Origin: Thermoanaerobaculia bacterium
Lineage (GTDB): Bacteria > Acidobacteriota > Thermoanaerobaculia > Multivoradales > Multivoraceae
DNA length: 64,000 nucleotides
Direction: 5' to 3'
Assembly (NCBI GenBank): GCA_965116145.1
Contig: OZ220482.1
Location: forward strand, 2,255,957-2,319,956
Shown: positions 51,661-64,000 of the stretch, in pieces
Layout: each line of letters starts with the position of its first letter
How positions within the stretch are numbered: the first letter of the stretch is position 1
Notes under the pieces: generated by a model
Told to the model about the DNA's origin: nothing
The model's database searches: none
The model's input: the letters and a program-made list of their open reading frames with translations, nothing else
Position numbers and translations under genes: made by a program

Positions 51661-52731
51661 CTACTCCGGGGACTCCGACGGACCCGGCGAATCCAGCGGC
51701 GTGAAGACCAGCCCGTTCCGTTCCGTGCTGGCCGCGGCAAGACCGCAGTCGGCCGGCGTGACGAGCTGACCTTCGATGCGGGAACGGGCGGGAAGGAGGA
51801 TTCCCGGAGCAAGGATGGCGTCTCGAACTCGCGCGCCCGAACCGATCCGGACAGAGGGCAGGACGAGGCTTCGTTCGATCAGGCAGCTCTCGCCGATGCT
51901 GCTGCCTGTCTCGACGACGCTGTGCTCGACGACGGCGCTCCGAGCCAGCGCGACGCCGGGGGCAACGAACCGGCGGCGGCGCCGGCGGCCGCCGGCGGTC
52001 CGACCCCAGTCCAGGGCGCCGTCCAGGTAGCGGCGCGGGGTTCCCAGGTCGTGCCAGCGGCGGCGGCAGCGGAACCCGACAATGCGGGCGCCGGCGCGCA
52101 GCAGCGGCTGGTAGAGGCCCTCCACGATGTCGCTCGACGACGGACGAACCGGGATCTGCTCGATCACACGGCGCGAAAGGACATGGAGGCCCTGGAACGT
52201 TCGCACCCGGCCGCGGACCGTACCGACCCTGACGTCACGCAGCCCCACCACCAGGCCGCGGGAGTCGACCTCCACACCGCCCCCCAACCGCTCGTTCCAG
52301 CCGACCTGAAGCGTGACGTCGGCGCCGCTGCGACGGTGGCGGGCGAGCACCTCGCGAATCGGCCACCGGCACAGCGAATCGCCGTTGATCAGCAGGATGT
52401 CGTCGGCGCCGGCCAGGAAGGCGCGAAGATTGACCACTGCGCCCAGGGTGCCGAGCAGGTCCGGCTCGACCTCGAACCGAAGCCCGGGCCGGTCGGCGCT
52501 CGCGGCGCCTGCAGCGGCCTCGAGCCGGCGGCGCAGCATGTCGCCGAGGTGGAAGACGTTCACCGCCATCTCGCAACCGGCACGGTGAAGAAGGTCGATC
52601 GTCCGTGAAGCAACCGACCGGCCGGCCACCGGCAGAAGCGGCTTGGGCAGAACGGCGGTCAGGGGCCGCAGCCGCTCGCCGCGGCCGGCGCAGAGCACCA
52701 GCGCCCGAACCTGACGGTCCGCGTCGTTCAC
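51661..52731 (-). CDS. NDP-sugar pyrophosphorylase/nucleotidyltransferase with C-terminal beta-helix
   Basis: LCAGRGERLRPLT..LPKPLL, INGD, WHDLGTP, hexapeptide repeats; GTG at 52731 overlaps the CYTH remnant stop. Confidence 0.88.
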   Translation of the reverse strand: MNDADRQVRALVLCAGRGERLRPLTAVLPKPLLPVAGRSVASRTIDLLHRAGCEMAVNVFHLGDMLRRRLEAAAGAASADRPGLRFEVEPDLLGTLGAVVNLRAFLAGADDILLINGDSLCRWPIREVLARHRRSGADVTLQVGWNERLGGGVEVDSRGLVVGLRDVRVGTVRGRVRTFQGLHVLSRRVIEQIPVRPSSSDIVEGLYQPLLRAGARIVGFRCRRRWHDLGTPRRYLDGALDWGRTAGGRRRRRRFVAPGVALARSAVVEHSVVETGSSIGESCLIERSLVLPSVRIGSGARVRDAILAPGILLPARSRIEGQLVTPADCGLAAASTERNGLVFTPLDSPGPSESPE

Positions 52732-52887
52732 CGGGCGCACGGCGGGAAGACCATGTCGAAGATCCAGTTCGACTCCATCGCGGCGGCGCGCTCAAGCCGA
52801 CCGCCAGCCGCAAGGAGGCGCTCCCGGACCCGGTCCAGATCCGCGACCGCCGCCTTTGATTTCGCGCTCGACCCGGCGTCCGGTCAA
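52728..52887 (-). pseudogene. CYTH-domain (class IV adenylate cyclase/triphosphate tunnel metalloenzyme) remnant
   Basis: TTG-TGRRVEREIK (ExExK motif), +1 frameshift in AAA at 52855-52857, then AAVADLDRVRERLLAAGGRLERAAAMESNWIFD-MVFPPCAR*; start and stop overlap both neighbours. Confidence 0.75.
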
Positions 52888-54281
52888 GCGGCGGCGCAGC
52901 CTCCGACGCGGTCGAGCACGTGGACCACGGTGCGAATGCCCTGGTAGAAGTTCGACAGATCCATCTTCTCGTTCGGAGCGTGGAGCCGGTCGTCCGGCAG
53001 GCCGAAGCCGATCAGCAGGACCGGGACGCCCAGCACATCGGACAGGGTGGAAACGATCGGAATCGATCCTCCCTCCCGGACGCGCACCGGGGCCCTGCCC
53101 CAGGCCTCGCGCACTCCCTCGAGCGCCGCGTCGACGAGCGGGCCGTCGAGGTCGACCAGCACCGGCGGCGCTCCGCTCAGCGTCCTCACGTCGACCTCGA
53201 TGCCTGGCGGCGCGAGCGACCGCATCCAGGCGGCAAGCGAGCGGAACACTCGCTCCGGCGCCTGGTCCGGCACCAGCCGCATCGACACCTTGGCGCCCGC
53301 CCGGTTGGCGATGACCGTCTTGGCGCCGGGGCCCTGGTAGCCGCCCCACACCCCGTTCACGTCGCACGTCGGCCGCGCCCAGACCCGTTCCAGGGTCGTG
53401 TAGCCCGCCTCTCCCCAAAGGGCGGAGGCGCCGATCTCGTCGCGGTACTTCGCCTCGTCGAACGGCAGCGCGGCGAACGCGGCGCGCTCGTCCGGCTCGA
53501 GCGGCCGCACACCCTCGTAGAAGTCGGGGATGAGGATCCGGCCGTCCTCCGGGTCACGCAGCGCCGCCAGCAGGGAACCCAGGACGTTCAGCGGGTTCGC
53601 CACCGCGCCGCCGAAGGTGCCGGAGTGGAGATCCCGACCGGCGCCGCGCACCTCGACCTCGGTGTAGAGCAGCCCCTTCAGGCCGTACAGCACGGACGGC
53701 TGGCCCGGCCCGAACATCGACGTGTCCGAGACCAGCGCCAGGTCGCAGGCCAGGCGCCCGGCCGCCGGGCTGCGGACGTAGGCTTCGATCGCCTCGCCGC
53801 CGCTCTCCTCCTCGCCCTCGATCAGGAACTTCACGTTGACAGGCAGGGCGCCGGTCTCGGCCATGAGCGCCTCGACCGCCTTGATGTGGGTGAACGACTG
53901 CCCCTTGTCGTCGGTGGCGCCCCGCGCAACGATCTGCTCTCCGCGTTCTCCCGCTTCGATCGTCGGCTCGAACGGGTCATTGCGCCACTCCGCCACCGGG
54001 TCCACCGGCTGCACGTCGTAGTGGCCGTAGAAGAGGACCGTCGGGCGGCCGGGAGCGCCAAGCCACTCGCCGTAGACCAGCGGATGCCCCGCCGTGTCGA
54101 TGATGTCCGCCGTCATACCCGCGGCCGCAAGCCGGTCCCTGACGAAACCGGCGCAGCGGCGCACGTCGGCGGCGTACTCGGGATCGGTCGAGACGGACGG
54201 AATCCGCAGGTACTCCTTGAGCTGCTCCAGGCTGGTGTCCGCTTCGCGGTCCACCCGCCCGAGAACGGCCGCGATGCTCAT
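52884..54281 (-). CDS. M20 family dipeptidase
   Basis: YGHYDVQP, ARGATDDKGQ, EGEEESG, DLHSG, GGSIP, HAPNEK. Confidence 0.93.
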   Translation of the reverse strand: MSIAAVLGRVDREADTSLEQLKEYLRIPSVSTDPEYAADVRRCAGFVRDRLAAAGMTADIIDTAGHPLVYGEWLGAPGRPTVLFYGHYDVQPVDPVAEWRNDPFEPTIEAGERGEQIVARGATDDKGQSFTHIKAVEALMAETGALPVNVKFLIEGEEESGGEAIEAYVRSPAAGRLACDLALVSDTSMFGPGQPSVLYGLKGLLYTEVEVRGAGRDLHSGTFGGAVANPLNVLGSLLAALRDPEDGRILIPDFYEGVRPLEPDERAAFAALPFDEAKYRDEIGASALWGEAGYTTLERVWARPTCDVNGVWGGYQGPGAKTVIANRAGAKVSMRLVPDQAPERVFRSLAAWMRSLAPPGIEVDVRTLSGAPPVLVDLDGPLVDAALEGVREAWGRAPVRVREGGSIPIVSTLSDVLGVPVLLIGFGLPDDRLHAPNEKMDLSNFYQGIRTVVHVLDRVGGCAAA

Positions 54282-54305
54282 CCCGGACTCCCGTTGCCGC
54301 TGACG

Positions 54306-54962
54306 TCAGTCATCGAATCTCCGGCCCGTCGCCCGCCAGTCGGCAAGGAAGCTCTCGAGGCCGCTGTCGGTCAGCGGATGGCGGTAGAGCCGGCTCAGCG
54401 TTCGGAAGGGAAGCGTCGCGACGTCGGCCCCCATCTCCGCCGACTGCACGACATGAACCGGATGGCGTATCGAGGCAACGAGAACCTCGGTCTCGAAGTC
54501 GTAGTGCGAGTAGATCGAGATCACCTGCCGGATCAGGTCCATGCCGTCCTGGGCGATGTCGTCGAGGCGGCCGACGAAGGGCGAGATGTAGGCGGCCCCC
54601 GCCTTGGCCGCCAGCAGCGCCTGGGCCGGCGAGAAGCACAGGGTGACGTTGCACCTGATCCCGTCCTCGGCCAGCCGCCGCACCGCGGTCAACCCCGGCG
54701 GTCCGAGCGGCACCTTGACCACCACGTTGTCGGCGAGGTCGGCGAGGCGGCGGCCCTGCTCGATCATGCCGTCGAGATCCGTCGCCAGCACCTCGCCGCT
54801 CACCGGTCCCGGCACCAGATCCGCGATCTCACGGACAGTCGGGAGGTAGGGCCTGCCCTGCCTGGCGATCAGGCTGGGGTTGGTCGTGACGCCGTCGACC
54901 AGGCCCCACTCGAGACCGGTCTCGATCTCTCCCGTATCCGCCGTGTCGAGAAAGAACTTCAT
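54306..54962 (-). CDS. fsa: Transaldolase/fructose-6-phosphate aldolase (TalC/FSA family)
   Basis: [45 protein letters not shown]. Confidence 0.94.
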   Translation of the reverse strand: MKFFLDTADTGEIETGLEWGLVDGVTTNPSLIARQGRPYLPTVREIADLVPGPVSGEVLATDLDGMIEQGRRLADLADNVVVKVPLGPPGLTAVRRLAEDGIRCNVTLCFSPAQALLAAKAGAAYISPFVGRLDDIAQDGMDLIRQVISIYSHYDFETEVLVASIRHPVHVVQSAEMGADVATLPFRTLSRLYRHPLTDSGLESFLADWRATGRRFDD

Positions 54963-54981
54963 CGCGGCGCTCCTCCGTGCC

Positions 54982-57534
<2,553 letters not shown>

Positions 57535-57547
57535 GTCGGCGAATCGA

Positions 57548-60052
<2,505 letters not shown>

Positions 60053-60166
60053 TCACGACCGTGGCCGCAAGCTGCTTGCAGACTCCCTGACCAGCCAGCA
60101 GAGCGATACGTAACTGCCAGCAAACAGTAGGTTTGTCCGCTGCTCTCCTGGCGTCCCCCGCGGCCC

Positions 60167-61279
60167 TCAGACACGCATCGGCATGATCACGCACAGGTAG
60201 CGGAAATCGGGCCCTCCGACGGGCCGCGCCAGGCACTGGCTCTCGCCGTCCTTGAGGGCGAACTCGACCTTCCCGGTATCGACCGCCGACAGGAAGTCCC
60301 GCACGTAGACCGGGTTCAGGCCGATGGCCAGTTTCTCCTCCTCGTAGTCGCAGGCGAGGCTCTCCTCCGCCTCGCCCAGATCCGGATTCGACGACGACAC
60401 GCGCAGCGACTTCTCCTCGAAGCCGAATCTGACCATGGGGGCGCGGTCGCCGGTCAACAGGGAAACCCGGAGAACCACGTCGGAGAGGGCATCGCGATCG
60501 AAGGTCGCCGTCCGGTCGTTGTCCGTGGCGATCACCCTTTCGTAATCCGGGAACGTGCCCTCGAGGATACGGCAGGTGAGCTCGCGACGGCCGATCACGA
60601 AGCCCAGGTGATGCTCGCCGCGGCGGAAGCGGACCGTCTCTTCGCTGTCGAACCGCATCAGTTCGAGCAGCGCCTTGCGTGGAGCCAGAACGCCGTCCGC
60701 TTCCGCGGCGCCCGACATCTCCGTCTCGATCAGGGCCAGCCGATGACCATCGGTCGCAACCATCTCGACTCTGCCGTCCTTCAGCTTGAGCAGGGCGCCA
60801 TTCAACTGGAACCGGGATTCTTCGGCCGAAACGGCGTAGACGACCTTGCCGATCATCCGCTTCAGCGCCGGGAACGGCGCCTCGAACGAGGAGGAAGACG
60901 ATCCCTGATCGACGGTCGTCAGGGTCGGGAAGTCCTCGGCAGCCAGACCGTTGATACGGAACCTGGACGATCCGGAGTCGATCCGAAGGGAGTTGGAGTC
61001 GCCGGCTGACAGCTCGATCGGACCGTCGCCCAGGGCGCGGACGATCTCGAGGAACTTGCGGGCCTGCACGGCGGTCGCGCCGGCCTCACAGCTCCCTGGC
61101 TCGGCAGTGCACCAGGATGTGAGAGAGACGTCCAGGTCCGTGGCGGCCAGCTTCAGGCGATCGTCGTCGACGGTCAGGAGAAGATGGGAAAGCACCGGGA
61201 TCGTCGACCTGCTCTCGACGATCCCGCGCATCGCCGCGAGTTCGGCCAGAAGTTCGCCTCGTTCGACTCGGGTCTTCAT
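60167..61279 (-). CDS. dnaN: DNA polymerase III beta sliding clamp
   Basis: ATDL, VATDGHRL, GTFPDY, VIMPMR. Confidence 0.97.
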   Translation of the reverse strand: MKTRVERGELLAELAAMRGIVESRSTIPVLSHLLLTVDDDRLKLAATDLDVSLTSWCTAEPGSCEAGATAVQARKFLEIVRALGDGPIELSAGDSNSLRIDSGSSRFRINGLAAEDFPTLTTVDQGSSSSSFEAPFPALKRMIGKVVYAVSAEESRFQLNGALLKLKDGRVEMVATDGHRLALIETEMSGAAEADGVLAPRKALLELMRFDSEETVRFRRGEHHLGFVIGRRELTCRILEGTFPDYERVIATDNDRTATFDRDALSDVVLRVSLLTGDRAPMVRFGFEEKSLRVSSSNPDLGEAEESLACDYEEEKLAIGLNPVYVRDFLSAVDTGKVEFALKDGESQCLARPVGGPDFRYLCVIMPMRV

Positions 61280-61681
61280 CTACGTTCTCCTACAGGAGTC
61301 AATATATACCAAGGAAGTCATAGCAGAAGAGGGCAGGTTCACGTGCGGACAGACTCCACAAGTTCTTTCTGGTCAACGGTTTGACGGCACGTAGAGGGGT
61401 TGGCGGCAGGCGGAGAAGCGAGTGGAAGGACTGTGCATTCTGCGGATATCGACGGCTCGGCCCAGGAACTGGACGCCGGTGTTCCTCAGGACTGCCGAAC
61501 CTGCTCCTCGGGTCATCCGCCGACCGTACCCGGATCCTCCGACATCCCATCCGCAGGCAATCCGCAGCACGCTGCACCTGCGGAGCCTGACCGCTCTCGG
61601 TGCGACACGCACCTATGCCACGGACTGCCTGGCGAGGTGGGGGCTGGGGCCAAACACGGAGTCAGCGACGGGTGTGGGGCT
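61280..61681. other. Putative oriC unwinding region (dnaA-dnaN spacer)
   Basis: Degenerate DnaA boxes (GACTCCACA, CCATCCGCA, CAATCCGCA on +; CTGTCCGCA, ATATCCGCA, GAATGCACA on -); on the minus strand a box is followed by GCCC, a trinucleotide tract and TATATATT. Confidence 0.65.
61585..61627 (-). mobile_element. MITE-like family A left end within the dnaA-dnaN spacer
   Basis: Reverse complement CAGTCCGTGGCATAGGTGCGTGTCGCACCGAGAGCGGTCAGGC matches 41612-41654. Confidence 0.8.
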
Positions 61682-61685
61682 CTAG
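61630..61685 (-). repeat. Repeat family B immediately after the dnaA stop
   Basis: Near-identical to 40267-40323. Confidence 0.85.
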
Positions 61686-63019
61686 CCGAGCTGGCGGGTG
61701 AAGCGCTCGAGCTGAGCAGCCAGGCGCTCGTCGTCGGCGCGCCGGCGTTCGATCTTCTCGACCGAGTACATGACGGTCGAGTGGTGCTTGCCGTTGAAGG
61801 CCTTCCCGATCTCCGGGTAGGACAACTCGGTCAGGCGCTTGCAGAGGTACATCGCTATCTGCCGGGGATAGGTGACCTGCCGGGAACTGCTCCTGCTCTT
61901 GATCTCGCGGACCTTGAGACCGTAGTGGTGGGCCACCGTCTTGATGATCTGGGCGGCGGAGACCGGGCGATCCTGTTCGGGAAGCACGTCTCGCAACGCC
62001 TCCTTGGCGAAGTCGAGGTCAAGAGGCATGCCCGAGAGCGAGGCGAAGGCGGTGACCCGGTGGAGCAGGCCCTCCAGTTCCCGCACGTTCGACCTGACCT
62101 GCTGTGCGATGAACATGGCGACATCGGTGTCCAGGTCCAGATTCTGAAGCTGGCGGGCCTTGCGCTGAAGGATCGCGACCTTGGTTTCCAGGTCGGGGGG
62201 CTGGATGTCGGCGAGGAGACCGGAACCGAAGCGGCTTCGCAGGCGCTCCTCGATGTCTGCCAGGTCGCGCGGCTGGGCGTCCGAGGTGACGATGATCTGC
62301 TTGCGTCGGGTGTAGAGGACGTTGAAGGTGTGGAAGAACTCTTCCTGGGATCTCTCCTTCCTGGCCAGGAACTGGATGTCGTCCATCAGCAGCACGTCGA
62401 TCGTTCGGTAGCGCTCGCGGAAATCGGGCATCCGCTCGAACCGGATCGAGCTGACCAGGTCGTTCACGAAGTCCTCGGCGGCGAGGTAGAGGACCCGCGT
62501 GTCGGGCGCCGCGTGCCGGAGGCGGTTTCCGATCGCATGCAGAAGGTGGGTCTTGCCCAGACCCACGCCGCCGTAGAGGAAGAGCGGGTTGTACGAGAGG
62601 CCCGGCTTCTCGGCAACGGCCTGGGAGGCGGCGCTGGCGAACCGGTTCGAGTTGCCGACCACGAACGAATCGAACCGGTACCGGGGATTCAGGGAGCTGC
62701 CGGGCGCCGCTTCCGGCTCGGTACTCCTGACGGCCGTCGTCGTCGACGAGCCCTTGCGTGCATCGGTCCTCGCCGTCATGTCGCCGCTCCTGAACAGGAC
62801 CTGGTAGCTCGGTCCCTTGAGGTCGGCGATCGCCCAGTCGACGATGGGCCGAAAGCCCTCTTCGAGCGCCTCGACGAACCGTGAGTTCGGCGCTTCGAGG
62901 ACGAGGCGATCGCCTTCCTCGGACGCCACCTTCAGAGGCTGGAACCAGGTGCGGTAGTCCTCGGCGGGAAGATCCGCACGCAACTGCTGGCGTAGAGTCG
63001 GCCATACGGAGCTAGGCAT
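61682..63019 (-). CDS. dnaA: Chromosomal replication initiator DnaA
   Basis: [47 protein letters not shown]. Confidence 0.98.
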   Translation of the reverse strand: MPSSVWPTLRQQLRADLPAEDYRTWFQPLKVASEEGDRLVLEAPNSRFVEALEEGFRPIVDWAIADLKGPSYQVLFRSGDMTARTDARKGSSTTTAVRSTEPEAAPGSSLNPRYRFDSFVVGNSNRFASAASQAVAEKPGLSYNPLFLYGGVGLGKTHLLHAIGNRLRHAAPDTRVLYLAAEDFVNDLVSSIRFERMPDFRERYRTIDVLLMDDIQFLARKERSQEEFFHTFNVLYTRRKQIIVTSDAQPRDLADIEERLRSRFGSGLLADIQPPDLETKVAILQRKARQLQNLDLDTDVAMFIAQQVRSNVRELEGLLHRVTAFASLSGMPLDLDFAKEALRDVLPEQDRPVSAAQIIKTVAHHYGLKVREIKSRSSSRQVTYPRQIAMYLCKRLTELSYPEIGKAFNGKHHSTVMYSVEKIERRRADDERLAAQLERFTRQLG

Positions 63020-63202
63020 GTTCCGTGCTCCTGGTGCTTCCGCTCTCTCCAGGCATCGTGGTCAGCCGGGGGACTTCAGCGGGACCCCCGAACTCTCGCT
63101 CTGCTGTTGCTCCGAACTGCCGCACCTCACCTCCTGAGTCCCGACGCGCACGACCACCGACTGCCCTCTTCCAGGCAGGAACCGCTGCTCTGCGCAGCTT
63201 GT

Positions 63203-63234
63203 TTCTCCACAGCTTTTCCGCACATTGTGGAAAA
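63203..63234. promoter_or_regulatory. Cluster of three DnaA boxes upstream of dnaA
   Basis: TTCTCCACA (63203-11), TTTTCCGCA (63214-22), TGTGGAAAA (63226-34). Confidence 0.75.
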
Positions 63235-63429
63235 GCCCAGGAAGCCGGCAACGAGACGGGGGGCAGACAGCCGGAAGGGGCTACGTACTTGATCTCACGC
63301 CGGGTGGCCTCCGTAGCGCGATGGCGCAGAATAGCAGCGGGATCCGTCGTCAACAAGTGTCTCCGCGCATTTTCTTCGTCTTCTTCCGGCAGCACCCGTC
63401 CGACCTGTCCTGCCTGCGCCTGAACCGCC

Positions 63430-64000
63430 GTGCCGAGAGTGGATCCTGCAGAGCTTCGGGCCCCGCTCCTGGCCTGGTTCGACCGCTGTCGCCGCGACCT
63501 GCCCTGGCGGCGATCCGAGGATCCGTACGAGATTCTGGTCGCTGAGGTCATGCTCCAGCAGACCCGAAGCGAAGTCGTCGCGAGTCGCCATCGGGACTTC
63601 CTGGACCGCTTTCCCGACATCGACGCGCTGGCGGAAGCACGGCTCGAGGCCGTCGAGGCGGCCTGGTCCGGTCTCGGTTACTACCGGCGAGCCCGCGATC
63701 TCCACCGGACGGCTCGGATCCTGGCGACGCAGGAGTCTCTTCCTGCAAACGCTGCAGAATGGGCGGTACTACCGGGAATCGGCCCGTATACCTCGGCGTT
63801 GCTCGCGAGCCGCTGCTGCGGGGAAATGTCGCCGGTGCTGGACGGCAACGTCGAACGGGTGCTGACCCGGTTTCTGGCGTTCGGCAAGTCTCCTCGAAGC
63901 GCGGAAGCCCGGCGCAACCTGCTGGCGACTGCGGCTCGACTGCTGGATCCCGCGCGGCCGGGGGACTCCAACCAGGCCCTGATGGAAGTCGGTTCCCTGG
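63430..64000 (+). CDS. mutY: A/G-specific adenine glycosylase MutY (partial, runs off window)
   Basis: RDLPWR, EVMLQQT, WSGLGYYRRAR, LPGIGPYT, LDGNVERV, NQALME. Confidence 0.93.
   Translation, partial: MPRVDPAELRAPLLAWFDRCRRDLPWRRSEDPYEILVAEVMLQQTRSEVVASRHRDFLDRFPDIDALAEARLEAVEAAWSGLGYYRRARDLHRTARILATQESLPANAAEWAVLPGIGPYTSALLASRCCGEMSPVLDGNVERVLTRFLAFGKSPRSAEARRNLLATAARLLDPARPGDSNQALMEVGSL

Noticed and set aside
63012-63620. 202-aa minus-strand ORF upstream of dnaA
   Set aside because: Overlaps mutY antisense and the DnaA-box/promoter region; no motifs

Overview
GC-rich (~70%) bacterial chromosomal window next to the replication origin. The phylum is probably Acidobacteriota (inferred from the DnaA 'KHHSTVMYS' signature and gene neighbourhoods). 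It is mostly core genes. In order: a frameshifted surface-protein remnant and a tyrosine-recombinase fragment before tRNA-Lys; a PQQ/haem-c lipoprotein dehydrogenase; an orphan MT-A70 methyltransferase; a complete suf operon followed by a secreted DUF442-like protein and tkt; pckA-acs-AI-2E; rpsU-mutS2-dnaG-rpoD and tRNA-Asn; tRNA(CAU)-zinc ribbon-yggS-acyl-CoA ligase; an mreBCD-mrdA-rodA-rng operon extended by a kinase/glycoside-hydrolase fusion, wzm, wzt and DUF3467; ppiD-ruvAB; thrA-asd-thrB-thrC; dnaA-dnaN-gyrB-gyrA-fsa-dipeptidase-(CYTH pseudogene)-nucleotidyltransferase; partial mutY. Main unexplained signals: (1) a ~158-bp MITE-like family flanked by CTAG-like tetramers, with at least 8 copies, one supplying the mreD start codon and one sitting in frame in a lipoprotein signal region; (2) a second CTAG-anchored repeat after the dnaA and mreB stop codons; (3) the kinase-GH fusion lacking the acid/base Glu, coupled to a glycan exporter inside the elongasome operon; (4) a hidden, internally deleted CYTH gene; (5) a likely CTG-initiated yggS; (6) a bipartite oriC with variant DnaA boxes. 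All alignments were done by eye; no searches were run.
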